Source: an uncultured candidatus Porisulfidus sp.
GTDB lineage: Bacteria > Pseudomonadota > Gammaproteobacteria > Poriferisulfidales > Poriferisulfidaceae
Assembly (NCBI GenBank): GCA_965199755.1
Contig: CBDASZ010000001.1
Span: 832,001-896,000, forward strand
Reading direction: 5' to 3'
DNA length: 64,000 nucleotides
Part shown: piece after piece, positions 39,283-49,369 of the stretch
Layout of the letters: the number at the start of each line of letters is the position of its first letter
Numbering within the stretch: position 1 is the first letter of the stretch
Notes under the pieces: model-generated
Database searches by the model: none
What the model was told of the DNA's origin: nothing
Seen by the model: the letters and a program-made list of their open reading frames with translations, nothing else
Made by a program: the position numbers and the translations under genes

Positions 39283-40386
39283 CTATGTGCGAATGGGCCT
39301 GCATATAGGACATTCAGGATCCGGCGTAAGTTCAATGGTCTGCCATTGCGCGGCCGGGGCATCGAACAGTAACAACCGGTTGTACAAGGGTGAGCCAATA
39401 TCCAGCAGGCACTTGATCGCCTCGGTGGCTTGCACGCAGCCGACCGTTCCCGCGACCGGACCAAGTACACCCAACTCCGAGCAGCGTTCTTCCACGACCG
39501 GGTCATCGCCAAACAGACACTGGTAGCACACGTCATCAGGCTGCTGATTGCGAAACACCGTCACTTGCCCTTCCATGCGAATGACGGCCGCGGAGACCAA
39601 TGGCGTGGATTCCTCCACGCAGGCTTTGTTGATGTGCAAGCGGCTCTCGAAATTATCCGTCGCATCCAGCACCACGTCGGCCTGCCCCACCATCTCATGC
39701 AATCGTGAATTGTCGAGACGCTCAGGGATCGCGGTCACTTTAATATCCGGGTTCAGATCCGAAGCAACTTGCTTGGCGGCCTCGGCCTTTTCCCGTCCCA
39801 GGTCCTCACTGCGGTAGAGAATCTGCCGCTGCAAGTTCAGCAACTCCACCTTATCGCCATCTACAACCGTGAGATTGCCAACCCCGCAGGCGGCCAGATA
39901 CATGGCAACTGGTGAGCCCAGTCCTCCGAGGCCAATCAGTAGTACATGCGCGTCAAGCAAACGTGCCTGTCCTTCAAGACCCAAAGACGGCAGCATGATT
40001 TGACGGCTGTAGCGCAACAACTGCGGATCTCCAAAATCAGTACCTGACGCATCGCCAGCGGCCTCCCCGGTTGAGTCTGACTTCTTGCCTGCATCGAAAG
40101 CGGCCTTCTGCTCCGAGGTCGCCTCGGTCTGGTAGCGTTCTTTCCATTCCCCGTAAGGCATGCCGTAGACTGCTCTTCGCGCCTGCTCGTAGTCCAGTTC
40201 CACATCACGCTGTGACGCTTCAGCCATCAGCCACTTGGATAAGCAGTTGCGACAGAAGTCGGCCAGATTCATCAACTCGATGTTTTGTATTCCTGGCTTG
40301 TCGCGCAAGTGTTGCACCAGATGTCGAAATGTCGCTGCCTGAATCGCGTCGCGCTGCTGTTCAGACAACTCGTCAAACTGAGTCAT
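39283..40386 (-). CDS. moeB: Fusion of DUF1244 domain and molybdopterin-synthase adenylyltransferase MoeB
   Basis: N-terminal AATFRHLVQHL..IQNIELMNLADFCRNCLSKW..VYGMPYGEWK..YQ (DUF1244); C-terminal LLRYSRQI, GLGGLG, NLQRQ, CYQC, RCSELGVLG, CPIC. Confidence 0.85.
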   Translation of the reverse strand: MTQFDELSEQQRDAIQAATFRHLVQHLRDKPGIQNIELMNLADFCRNCLSKWLMAEASQRDVELDYEQARRAVYGMPYGEWKERYQTEATSEQKAAFDAGKKSDSTGEAAGDASGTDFGDPQLLRYSRQIMLPSLGLEGQARLLDAHVLLIGLGGLGSPVAMYLAACGVGNLTVVDGDKVELLNLQRQILYRSEDLGREKAEAAKQVASDLNPDIKVTAIPERLDNSRLHEMVGQADVVLDATDNFESRLHINKACVEESTPLVSAAVIRMEGQVTVFRNQQPDDVCYQCLFGDDPVVEERCSELGVLGPVAGTVGCVQATEAIKCLLDIGSPLYNRLLLFDAPAAQWQTIELTPDPECPICRPIRT

Positions 40387-40479
40387 CTTGCTACCCCTGT
40401 TTTTTAGGCAGTAGGGATTATAAAATATTATGCGCAGCAGGCAGAGATGCCGCCCAACTGACTACTCCCGGATTTCTCG

Positions 40480-41070
40480 ATGTCTTCACGTATTCTCAAA
40501 TCTGCGATTACCGCCGTGGTTCTGGCTGGCGGTCGTGCACGCCGCATGGGCGGAGAAGACAAGGGCCTGCTTGTCCATGATGGCAAGCCACTTATCCGGC
40601 ATGTGCTCGACAGTCTGGTGAAACAGGCGGATGAGCTCATGATCAATGCCAACCGCAATAAAGATCAGTACGGGCAGTTCGGCTATGACGTGATTGCTGA
40701 TGAACACAAGGATTATTCGGGGCCTCTGGCTGGCATGCTGGCTGGATTGAAAGCCGCGAAAACATCGCGCGTGGTGTTCGTTCCGTGCGACAGCCCGCAA
40801 CTCCCATCCGATCTGATCGAGCGGTTAACTGTCCCCTGGACGCGCGATCCCAGAACCAAAATTAAAATCACAGTTGCCTCCTGCGACAGACGTCTGCAGC
40901 CGGTGTTCGCGCTGCTGCATACCGACCTGGTCGAGGAACTTGAGACCTTTCTCGATGATGGCGGGCGCAAGATTGACCAGTTCTACTGGGATCAGGGCTT
41001 CGCGGAAATCCCGTTCCTAGACGAGCGGGAGTTTGTCAATATCAACACACCGGAAGAGTTGCAGTGCTGA
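40480..41070 (+). CDS. mobA: Molybdenum cofactor guanylyltransferase
   Basis: VLAGGRARRMGGEDKG, GPLAG, PCDSP, NINTPEEL. Confidence 0.93.
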   Translation: MSSRILKSAITAVVLAGGRARRMGGEDKGLLVHDGKPLIRHVLDSLVKQADELMINANRNKDQYGQFGYDVIADEHKDYSGPLAGMLAGLKAAKTSRVVFVPCDSPQLPSDLIERLTVPWTRDPRTKIKITVASCDRRLQPVFALLHTDLVEELETFLDDGGRKIDQFYWDQGFAEIPFLDEREFVNINTPEELQC

Positions 41071-41603
41071 GTGATACCGACTCAGCTCCGCTGCTCGGTT
41101 TCGCCGCGTTCAGCGGCACTGGCAAGACTGAACTGCTGACGCAACTGATCCCGATTCTGGTCGACGGCGGCCTATGCGTCGGCATCATCAAGCACGCACA
41201 CCATGAATTTGATGTCGATCAACCGGGCAAGGACAGTTATCGCCTGCGGCACGCGGGTGCAAGCGAGACCCTGATCTCCTCAAGCCGACGCTTTGCCCTG
41301 ATGCACGAACTGGCGCAAGACGAGCCAGAACCTACACTGGCGCAACTGGTCGCACGCATTGACCAACAACATCTCGACCTCATTTTGGTCGAAGGTTTCA
41401 AGCGCGAATCCTTTGCCAAAATTGAATTGAGCCGCCCTGCTCTGGGACATCCTTATCTGTATCCTGACGATGACAATATTCTGGCACTGGCTTCCGATGC
41501 CGCACCGCCCGAAGGGCTGGCCTTGCCGCACCTGGACTTGAACGATCCTGCGGCGATTGCTGCCTATATCCGAGAGTTACTGCCTTCAAGCGCGGCAAAT
41601 TGA
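41064..41603 (+). CDS. mobB: Molybdopterin-guanine dinucleotide biosynthesis protein B
   Basis: AAFSGTGKT, IKHAHH.FDVD.PGKDS, DLILVEGFK. Confidence 0.92.
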   Translation: MLSDTDSAPLLGFAAFSGTGKTELLTQLIPILVDGGLCVGIIKHAHHEFDVDQPGKDSYRLRHAGASETLISSSRRFALMHELAQDEPEPTLAQLVARIDQQHLDLILVEGFKRESFAKIELSRPALGHPYLYPDDDNILALASDAAPPEGLALPHLDLNDPAAIAAYIRELLPSSAAN

Positions 41604-41715
41604 ACCCGTTTCAGGTGGTGAAGCTCCATCATCGTGTAAAATAAGGGTTTTACTCAATATTACTGGCGGAAAGCCCTCAACGGCGGAACTTTCAAGCGTT
41701 CCGCACAACCTCGGC

Positions 41716-43002
41716 ATGACTGAACACACTATCCGACTGGTCGCGGGCGACAAAGAAGTGGAACTGGATGTGGCGGATGCCACCGAAGGCCCTTCCGCAG
41801 TCAGTATCAGCACGCTATACAAGAAATTCGGGCATTTCTCACTGGATCCGGGGTTTGTCTCCACCGCCAGCTGCAACAGCAAAATCACCTATATTGATGG
41901 GACCAAGGGACTGCTGCGCTATCGCGGCTATCCGATTGAGCAGCTGGCCGAATCCAGCCACCATATTGAAAGCGCCTATCTGCTCCTCCACGGTGAACTT
42001 CCAACAGCCAGGGAACTCGAAGATTTCTCAAGTAAAATCAACAAGGAAAAGAATCTTCCTGATAACATAGCAAAGGTCTTTCAAGCGTTTGGTGACGATG
42101 CCCACCCAATGGCCATGCTGATGGGCGGCCTGGCTTACCTAGCGGCTATTTATCAGCCGGAGATCAACATTGCCGATGCGGCGTATCGCCAGCGCATGGC
42201 GCGACGCCTGATTGCGCAAGTCCCGGCCATGGCCGCAATGGGCTACCGCTGCCGCATGAACCAGGAGATACTGGCTCCCCGCCCGGACCTTGATTACACC
42301 GCCAATTTCATCTACATGATGTTCGGCGAGGAGCCGTCTGATACGCTCACACGCGCGCTCGACCTGATCTTCCTGCTGCACGCCGACCACGAACAGAACG
42401 CTTCTACCTCAACCGTGCGTCTTTCTGGCAGTTCCGAGACCAGTCCGGTCGCAGCGATTGCCGCCGGTGTCGCCACCCTCTGGGGCCCCTCACACGGCGG
42501 TGCCAATGAAGCCGTGATCCGAATGCTGGAGAATATCCATGATTCGGACCTTTCGGTCGAAGACTATATTGAGAAAGCGAAAGACAAGAAATCGCATGCC
42601 CGACTGATGGGCTTTGGACACCGAATCTACAAGCACTACGACCCGCGCGCGAAACTGATTCGCGAGATCTGTCACAAGGTGCTGGAAGAACACAGCAGCA
42701 GCAACCCCAATCGCCCGTTACTGGAAACCGCCATGGCGCTGGAACAGGCGGCTTTGGAAGATGAGTACTTCGTAAAGCGGAAACTGTATCCCAATGTGGA
42801 CTTCTACTCCGGCATTATTCTGAAGACCATGGGCATTCCTTTGGATATGTTCACCGTGATCTTCGCCATTGCCCGAACGGTCGGCTGGGTCGCGCACTGG
42901 CTGGAAATGCTGGAGGACGATCAGTTCCGCATTGGCCGCCCTCGCCAACTCTATCTTGGTGAGACGAAACGCGACTACGTTACTTTGGATCAGCGCAGCT
43001 GA
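41716..43002 (+). CDS. gltA: Citrate synthase
   Basis: DPGFVSTASC, LHADHEQNASTS, LWGPSHGGANE, LMGFGHR, YPNVDFYSG; start at ATG 41716. Confidence 0.96.
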   Translation: MTEHTIRLVAGDKEVELDVADATEGPSAVSISTLYKKFGHFSLDPGFVSTASCNSKITYIDGTKGLLRYRGYPIEQLAESSHHIESAYLLLHGELPTARELEDFSSKINKEKNLPDNIAKVFQAFGDDAHPMAMLMGGLAYLAAIYQPEINIADAAYRQRMARRLIAQVPAMAAMGYRCRMNQEILAPRPDLDYTANFIYMMFGEEPSDTLTRALDLIFLLHADHEQNASTSTVRLSGSSETSPVAAIAAGVATLWGPSHGGANEAVIRMLENIHDSDLSVEDYIEKAKDKKSHARLMGFGHRIYKHYDPRAKLIREICHKVLEEHSSSNPNRPLLETAMALEQAALEDEYFVKRKLYPNVDFYSGIILKTMGIPLDMFTVIFAIARTVGWVAHWLEMLEDDQFRIGRPRQLYLGETKRDYVTLDQRS

Positions 43003-43023
43003 CCCTTGTGAGACCAGTACCGC

Positions 43024-44160
43024 TCAGAGCTGGCTCAAAAAATCCTGCACAACCGGGGAGAAACTCCCCGCGTCGACCAAAAAGGAGTCGTGCCCTTGCA
43101 GGCAGTCAAGTTCCACCAGTGCCACGTCGCGGCCTGCCTTGCGCAGACCATCAACAATCTCCTCCTGTTGATCGAACGGAAACAGAATATCGGAGGTCAC
43201 TCCGATCACCAGCGTTTTCTTGGCCTGGATGCGCGCCAGACCAGCATTCACCGTGCCGCCATGATCGGCCACATCAAACAAATCCATGGCGCGAGTCAGA
43301 TACAGATAACTGTTGGCATCGAAGTTTTTGGCAAACTTTGATGCGTTGTGCTCCAGATAGGATTCGATCTCAAACTCCATGCCAAAAGGTTCTTTGCCGG
43401 CGCGTTCCGGCGGAACCCGCGCGCGGTTGAAACGCTGACGCCATTCTCGCGCGGCGCGATAAGACAGCAGCCCCAGTTTGCGGGCAAGGCGCACCCCAGA
43501 TAAATCGGAACTGTCCTGATAATTGCCATCCTGCCAGCCCGGATCACAGCGCACAATCTCGCGCTGCAGGGAGCGCATCCCGGTCGTAAATGGTAGCGCG
43601 CGGCAGGCCGCGGAAATCACAATCAGATAGTCCAGTTCATTCGGGTATTGCAGCGCATAGGCCAGCGCCGACATGCCGCCCATGGAAGGTCCAATGACTG
43701 CATGGACGCGATCAATACCTAACTCCTGCATGGCGTGATGCCCCGCCTTGGCAATGTCTTCAATGGAGAGCTCCGGAAAACTGATGCCGTAGGCTTTGCC
43801 AGTTTCAGAGTTGATCGATGAGGGGCCTGTTGAGCCGAAGCAACTGCCGAGCGAATTGACGCACACCACATAAAAGCGATCGGTGTCAATCGGCTTGCCC
43901 GGACCGATCATGTATTCCCACCAGCCGGGAGTGTCGTCTTGCTCACTCGAGGCGGCATGCGCTGAGGCCGATAGCCCGGTGAGAATCAAAATAGCGTTGT
44001 CCTGATTGAGCGACAGCGTCCCCCAGGTTTCATAGCCAACCTGCACTTGCGGCAGGCGTTCGCCTCGCCGCATCACGAAATCGGCCTGCCCATAGTCCCC
44101 CGGCAGCGTCAGGATCTGCGTCGCTGGCGGCGTGCGTGTCTGGGGTGGAGAGTCGAGCAT
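43024..44160 (-). CDS. MetX-family O-acyltransferase, probably the serine O-succinyl/acetyltransferase subgroup
   Basis: LTGLSASAHAAS, GWWEYMIGPGK.IDTDRF, GPSMGGM, FDANSYLY, GHDSFL. Confidence 0.8.
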   Translation of the reverse strand: MLDSPPQTRTPPATQILTLPGDYGQADFVMRRGERLPQVQVGYETWGTLSLNQDNAILILTGLSASAHAASSEQDDTPGWWEYMIGPGKPIDTDRFYVVCVNSLGSCFGSTGPSSINSETGKAYGISFPELSIEDIAKAGHHAMQELGIDRVHAVIGPSMGGMSALAYALQYPNELDYLIVISAACRALPFTTGMRSLQREIVRCDPGWQDGNYQDSSDLSGVRLARKLGLLSYRAAREWRQRFNRARVPPERAGKEPFGMEFEIESYLEHNASKFAKNFDANSYLYLTRAMDLFDVADHGGTVNAGLARIQAKKTLVIGVTSDILFPFDQQEEIVDGLRKAGRDVALVELDCLQGHDSFLVDAGSFSPVVQDFLSQL

Positions 44161-44170
44161 GTCTAAGCGT

Positions 44171-44419
44171 TTAGCTTGTGTCGGGCCGCACTTGACGCAT
44201 GCGACGAATCAACTGCCGGGTCTCCGCGTCGCTCGCCTCACCCTCACCCAAAAGCAGATGCTGCAATTCAGGGTCAGGCAGTTCCAGCAGCCGCTCAAAG
44301 CTCGCCTGCTGCTCAACATCCGAATGCGGATAACTTTCTTCGAGATAGCGCATCAGCATCAGGTCCAGTTCCCGTGTTCCACGTCGGCAACGCCAGTACA
44401 GTTGCTCCTGTTGTGGCAT
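44171..44419 (-). CDS. sdhE: Succinate dehydrogenase assembly factor (FAD insertion)
   Basis: LYWRCRRGTRELD...FERLLELPDPEL. Confidence 0.9.
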   Translation of the reverse strand: MPQQEQLYWRCRRGTRELDLMLMRYLEESYPHSDVEQQASFERLLELPDPELQHLLLGEGEASDAETRQLIRRMRQVRPDTS

Positions 44420-44420
44420 C

Positions 44421-45203
44421 TTAGAAGTTGGCGGTCGCTATTTTCTTCTTAATTTCAGCGATGGCCTTGGCTGGGTTCAAACCCTTGGGGCAGGTTTGCG
44501 TGCAATTCATGATGGTGTGGCAGCGGTACAACTTGAAGGCATCGCTCAAATCACGCAGACGCTCTTCATCGGCGTCATCTCGACTGTCCGCAAGCCAGCG
44601 CCAGGCATTCAGCAGAGCCGCAGGTCCCAGATACTTCTCCGGGTTCCACCAGTAACTGGGGCAACTGGTGGAGCAGCATGCACACAGGATGCACTCTTCC
44701 AGTCCTTCCAGTTTGGCGCGCTCTTCCTTCGCCTGAGCACGTTCGCGCTGGGGCGCTTCGGAATCGGATTTCAGCCACGGCTCAACCGCGGCATACTGCT
44801 TGTAGAAGTTCGACAAGTCCGTCACCAGATCGCGCACCACATCCATGTGCGGCAGTGGATACACCCGAATCTCTCCTGAGTATTCGTCGATCGCGTTGGT
44901 GCAGGCCAGAGTATTGCAGCCATTGATGTTCATTGAGCAGGAGCCGCAGATCCCCTCGCGGCAAGAGCGGCGAAATGACAGCGTCGGGTCCAGTTCGTTC
45001 TTGATCTTGATGAGGGCATCGAGCACCATCGGGCCGCACTGATCCATATCCACTTCATAGTGATCCATTCGCGGGTTCTCACCATCGCTCGGATCGTAGC
45101 GATAAACGACAAAGGTGCGTGTCCGAGAAGCGCCATCAGGCGCAGCGTATTGTCGGCCCCGCTTGCGGACTACTGAATTTGCGGGAAGAGTAAATTCTGC
45201 CAT
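44421..45203 (-). CDS. sdhB: Succinate dehydrogenase iron-sulfur subunit
   Basis: [37 protein letters not shown]...CPKGLNP. Confidence 0.97.
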   Translation of the reverse strand: MAEFTLPANSVVRKRGRQYAAPDGASRTRTFVVYRYDPSDGENPRMDHYEVDMDQCGPMVLDALIKIKNELDPTLSFRRSCREGICGSCSMNINGCNTLACTNAIDEYSGEIRVYPLPHMDVVRDLVTDLSNFYKQYAAVEPWLKSDSEAPQRERAQAKEERAKLEGLEECILCACCSTSCPSYWWNPEKYLGPAALLNAWRWLADSRDDADEERLRDLSDAFKLYRCHTIMNCTQTCPKGLNPAKAIAEIKKKIATANF

Positions 45204-45221
45204 TAGATCAATTCCGAATCA

Positions 45222-47015
45222 TCAGTACACGCGCGCTTGTGGTGGAACCACTTCCACTTCATCATCCAGTGTGTACATGTGAACACTGCGATAGTCGATG
45301 CGGCATTGGCCCTGTTTGTCAATCCAGCATACCGTATGCTTCATCCAATCCGCGTCATCCCGTTCGGGGTAGTCCTCGCGCGCATGAGCGCCGCGACTCT
45401 CCAGACGATTCAGCGCGCCTTCCAAAGTGACCACGCTCTGCGACAGAAGATTGCGCAACTCCAGCGTCTCCACCAGGTCAGTATTCCACACCAGAGAGCG
45501 ATCCGACACCTGAATGTCGCGAAACGCCTGATGCGCGTCGCGAATTTGCTGCAGCCCCTCCTCCAGAGTCTCGCCCGTACGGAACACGGCCGCGTGCTTT
45601 TGCATGATGCGTTGCATCTGCAAGCGCAAATCAGCGGTCGGTGTTGATCCGCTGGCATGACGCATGCCATCGAACTGATCCACAATGCGCTCCAGCGCAC
45701 TGTCGGGTGCCGTCGCGTGCGTCGCGCCAGACTGCACCAGTTCCGCCGCGCGAATAGCTGCGGCGCGTCCGAACACCACCAGGTCCAGCAACGAGTTCGA
45801 GCCGAGACGGTTGGCACCATGTACTGATACGCACGCCGCCTCACCGATCGCCATCAAGCCCGGCACCACCGAGTCATGATCATCGCCGCGAACGGTGACC
45901 ACCTCTCCGTGATGGTTGGTGGGAATGCCTCCCATGGTGTAATGCACCGTGGGCAGCACCGGGATCGGCTCGCGTGTCACATCCACCCCGGCGAAGATAC
46001 GCGCTGATTCGGCAATGCCGGGCAGACGCTCCTGAATCACGTCCGCTCCCAAGTGTTCCAAATGCAGGAATATGTGATCCTGCTCGCTGCCGCAGCCGCG
46101 CCCTTCGTTGATTTCGATCGTCATCGAGCGGCTGACCACATCACGCGACGCCAGATCTTTGGCGTTCGGCGCGTAGCGCTGCATGAAACGCTCGCCTTCG
46201 GAATTGGTGAGATAGCCCCCTTCACCGCGTGACCCTTCTGTAATCAAGCAGCCCGACCCGTAGATCCCGGTGGGATGAAATTGCACGAACTCCATATCCT
46301 GCAATGGCAGTCCCGCCCGTTGCACCATGGCGTTGCCATCACCCGTGCAGGTGTGCGCTGATGTGCAGGAGAAGTAAGCGCGACCGTAACCGCCGGTCGC
46401 CATCAAAACCATGTGCGCTTCAAAGTGATGCAATTGACCGGTCGCCAGATCCCACGTCAGAACGCCGCAACAGCGCCCCTCGTCATTCATGATCAGGTCA
46501 ATCGCAAAGTATTCAATAAAGAACTGCGCGTTGTGTTTGAGCGACTGCTGGTAAAGCGTGTGCAAAATGGCATGGCCGGTGCGGTCGGCCGCGGCACAGG
46601 TACGTTGCGCGATACCTTCCCCAAAGTGGGTGGTCATCCCGCCGAAGGGCCGCTGGTAGATCTTGCCTTCCTCGGTGCGCGAAAACGGCACGCCGTAATG
46701 TTCCAGTTCGATGATGGCCGGTGCCGCTTCCCGGCACATGTACTGAATCGCATCCTGATCGCCGAGCCAGTCCGAGCCCTTGACCGTGTCGTACATGTGC
46801 CAGCGCCAGTCGTCATCGCCCATGTTGGCAAGCGCGGCTGACACGCCGCCTTGCGCGGCAACCGTGTGACTGCGTGTCGGAAAGACCTTGGTGATGCAGG
46901 CCGTAGACAGGCCACTCGCCGCCATTCCCAGTGTGGCACGCAACCCTGCGCCGCCCGCGCCGATGATCACCACATCGTACTGGTGCTTTTGTATGTCGTA
47001 GGCTTTGCTGTTCAT
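45222..47015 (-). CDS. sdhA: Succinate dehydrogenase flavoprotein subunit
   Basis: [41 protein letters not shown]. Confidence 0.97.
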   Translation of the reverse strand: MNSKAYDIQKHQYDVVIIGAGGAGLRATLGMAASGLSTACITKVFPTRSHTVAAQGGVSAALANMGDDDWRWHMYDTVKGSDWLGDQDAIQYMCREAAPAIIELEHYGVPFSRTEEGKIYQRPFGGMTTHFGEGIAQRTCAAADRTGHAILHTLYQQSLKHNAQFFIEYFAIDLIMNDEGRCCGVLTWDLATGQLHHFEAHMVLMATGGYGRAYFSCTSAHTCTGDGNAMVQRAGLPLQDMEFVQFHPTGIYGSGCLITEGSRGEGGYLTNSEGERFMQRYAPNAKDLASRDVVSRSMTIEINEGRGCGSEQDHIFLHLEHLGADVIQERLPGIAESARIFAGVDVTREPIPVLPTVHYTMGGIPTNHHGEVVTVRGDDHDSVVPGLMAIGEAACVSVHGANRLGSNSLLDLVVFGRAAAIRAAELVQSGATHATAPDSALERIVDQFDGMRHASGSTPTADLRLQMQRIMQKHAAVFRTGETLEEGLQQIRDAHQAFRDIQVSDRSLVWNTDLVETLELRNLLSQSVVTLEGALNRLESRGAHAREDYPERDDADWMKHTVCWIDKQGQCRIDYRSVHMYTLDDEVEVVPPQARVY

Positions 47016-47018
47016 CTC

Positions 47019-47357
47019 TTACATCAGGAAATGAGCGAAGCCCGCGAGCGCGGCCAACCAGGCCAGCAGCAACATAAGCTTGCATAAAGTGTGAGCGAGC
47101 GCATTCCAGCGCCTCTCATTGAGATAATCGTCCACGATCACTTCGAGACCGAGTTTGGAGTGGTACAGCGCCACGGTGATAAACAGAACCAGCAACAGAG
47201 CATTACCTATCTCCTGCAGCCACTGGGCCAGCACAGCGATGTCGCTCAGGCCGGCGGTCGCCATTGCATGCACCCACCATACGGACAGAGGCACCAACGC
47301 CGCAGAACTCATCCGCTCCAGCCACCAGTGGCGACGCGCGTTCATGGCGGTGCTCAT
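47019..47357 (-). CDS. sdhD: Succinate dehydrogenase hydrophobic anchor subunit
   Basis: HWWLERMSS, HSKLGLEVIVDDY; ATGA overlap with sdhC stop. Confidence 0.88.
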   Translation of the reverse strand: MSTAMNARRHWWLERMSSAALVPLSVWWVHAMATAGLSDIAVLAQWLQEIGNALLLVLFITVALYHSKLGLEVIVDDYLNERRWNALAHTLCKLMLLLAWLAALAGFAHFLM

Positions 47358-47731
47358 AGAGCGATCCAAAGCCACAGGGCGGCTGTCAATCCGGTCGCGC
47401 CTGCCAACACCAGCCAGTTACTGGCGCGCACTGCCGCCATCTCCAGACCAGTCGCCGTATCCCACACCAGATGTCGGATGCCGGTGCACAGGTGAAAGGC
47501 CAGAGCGAAACTCAACAGGATCAGAAACACAGTGCCGAGCGGATGCTGCAACAGCGCCATCGCGCAATTCCAGACATCGGGGACATAGGCGGCTGTAGCG
47601 AATAGAAAGGCAAAGCCTACCGCGGCACCTGACAGCGCCGTGCCAGTGATGCGGTGGCTGATCGACAACACCGCTGCCATCGGCAGGCGGTAGATTTGCA
47701 AATGCGGGGAGACAGGATGTTCCGAAGACAT
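47354..47731 (-). CDS. sdhC: Succinate dehydrogenase cytochrome b556 subunit
   Basis: PVSPHLQIY, SISHRITG, HLCTGIRHLVWD. Confidence 0.9.
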   Translation of the reverse strand: MSSEHPVSPHLQIYRLPMAAVLSISHRITGTALSGAAVGFAFLFATAAYVPDVWNCAMALLQHPLGTVFLILLSFALAFHLCTGIRHLVWDTATGLEMAAVRASNWLVLAGATGLTAALWLWIAL

Positions 47732-47935
47732 AAACTCGCAGGCATCACACAAGCACGTGCCTGACCGGGCAAGTCATTATGCCAAAATCATGAATGGCTT
47801 GGCTTGCGCACAGGCTAATCCGCCTGAAAAGCATCAGTTCCTTCAAGTCGGTTGAGCGAAAAAACGCGACTGCCTTGGATGGAAGTTTATAGTGGGAAAA
47901 TTCCATTGCACATCTGGCATTCAGCAATACCAGAT

Positions 47936-48011
<76 letters not shown>

Positions 48012-48114
48012 ACAAACTGAAAGACCTATTGTGCGAATTCACACAGATGTGTCAATAGATACCCGAACACGCACCCTCCCCAGACAACCCGATTCATCGG
48101 CTAGAATGAGTCGC

Positions 48115-48642
48115 ATGAGGCCATTGCAATTTCCCCAGGCCGCAGGGATCGCCTTTGGCCTGATCGCCCTGATTCTGATCGCGCGGCTGATTCCACATCC
48201 CCCGAACTTCACACCGGTGCTAGCGGTCGCGCTATTTTGCGGCGCGCTCGCGCCGCACTTCTCTGTAGCGATGCTGATTCCCCTAACAGCGATGGTGCTG
48301 GGCGATTGGGTGCTAGGATGGCATGCCAGTGCCTGGGCTGTCTATCTGGCTATCTTTCTGTGCGCAGGACTGGGTCGCTGGATACTGACACCGCCAAAAT
48401 TGACTACCACGCTCGCAAGCGGCGTTTGTGCTTCGGTGCTGTTCTTCGTATTAAGCAACTTCGCGGTATGGCTGGCTGGAGGCCTGTACCCTCTCACCGG
48501 GGCCGGCCTGCTGGCCTGCTATCTCGCGGCGATCCCATTCTTTCATAATACGCTGGTTGCTACCTTGCTGTTCGGGCTCGGACTGCTAGCGTGCTGGAAA
48601 TACCTCCAGCGTCATGCCAGTCCATCCACCCCAACGTTCTGA
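48115..48642 (+). CDS. Small membrane protein, DUF6580 / solitary ECF S-component-like transporter
   Basis: RLIPHPPNFTPVLAVALFCGA, FFVLSNFAVW, CYLAAIPFFHNTL; about six TM helices; start uncertain (48106 or 48115). Confidence 0.7.
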   Translation: MRPLQFPQAAGIAFGLIALILIARLIPHPPNFTPVLAVALFCGALAPHFSVAMLIPLTAMVLGDWVLGWHASAWAVYLAIFLCAGLGRWILTPPKLTTTLASGVCASVLFFVLSNFAVWLAGGLYPLTGAGLLACYLAAIPFFHNTLVATLLFGLGLLACWKYLQRHASPSTPTF

Positions 48643-48649
48643 GGCTCTG

Positions 48650-49369
48650 ATGTTTTTACGCACATTTATCTGCTGCTGCGTCCTGCTGGGCACCCCTCTA
48701 CCCATCGCCGCCGCCGAATCACATCCGCTAGACGGTCTGTGGAACGGACGCTTCGACATCAACGGCCAAGGCGATTATGGCTTCCAGTCCCTGTACGTAG
48801 GCGGTCGTGTCGCGGCCTGGAGCGTCGACACCAATGTGGTATATCGCGGTAGCGTCAGTGGAGATGAAACAACCTATCATTCACAGATGGACATCTACCT
48901 CCGCGACGGCTCTAAAATCAGTACTGTAGAACTCAACGGCACGGTTACGGATAATGCGACCTCCATTCTCGCGAGCTATGCGACCAGCGGCGAAGATACC
49001 GGCACGCTTCGACTCGCTTACGATCCCCTGTTTGAGCAACCTACCGCGTTGCAAACTCTGGAAGGACTGTGGGAATTTTTCGGCAAAAAAGTCAGCGTCA
49101 GCATCAATATCGATGACAGTGGAAATATTCAGGGCACTGACAACCTTGACTGCAACTACTACGGCAAACTGCGTGAAATCCGCTCTGGCATCAATGCGCT
49201 GGATGTGCAAATCGAACTCGCTTCCTGCTCCACCGCTGACGGACATTACGAAGGCATGGCGTACATCGCCCCTGCAGCTGAAGGCACCAGCGAGACTTTT
49301 CATCTGAATCTGATCGGCGATTACTTCGGCATGTACTTCCCGCTGCAGCGAACGCTCTCGAAACCCTAG
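48650..49369 (+). CDS. Exported hypothetical protein with two related beta-rich halves
   Basis: Signal peptide ..PIAAA/ES; LDGLWNG and LEGLWEF repeats; Cys pair in second half. Confidence 0.7.
   Translation: MFLRTFICCCVLLGTPLPIAAAESHPLDGLWNGRFDINGQGDYGFQSLYVGGRVAAWSVDTNVVYRGSVSGDETTYHSQMDIYLRDGSKISTVELNGTVTDNATSILASYATSGEDTGTLRLAYDPLFEQPTALQTLEGLWEFFGKKVSVSINIDDSGNIQGTDNLDCNYYGKLREIRSGINALDVQIELASCSTADGHYEGMAYIAPAAEGTSETFHLNLIGDYFGMYFPLQRTLSKP

Noticed and set aside
48012-48114. Cobalamin riboswitch upstream of the S-component-like gene
   Set aside because: Only about 100 nt are available and no B12-box or conserved core is visible.
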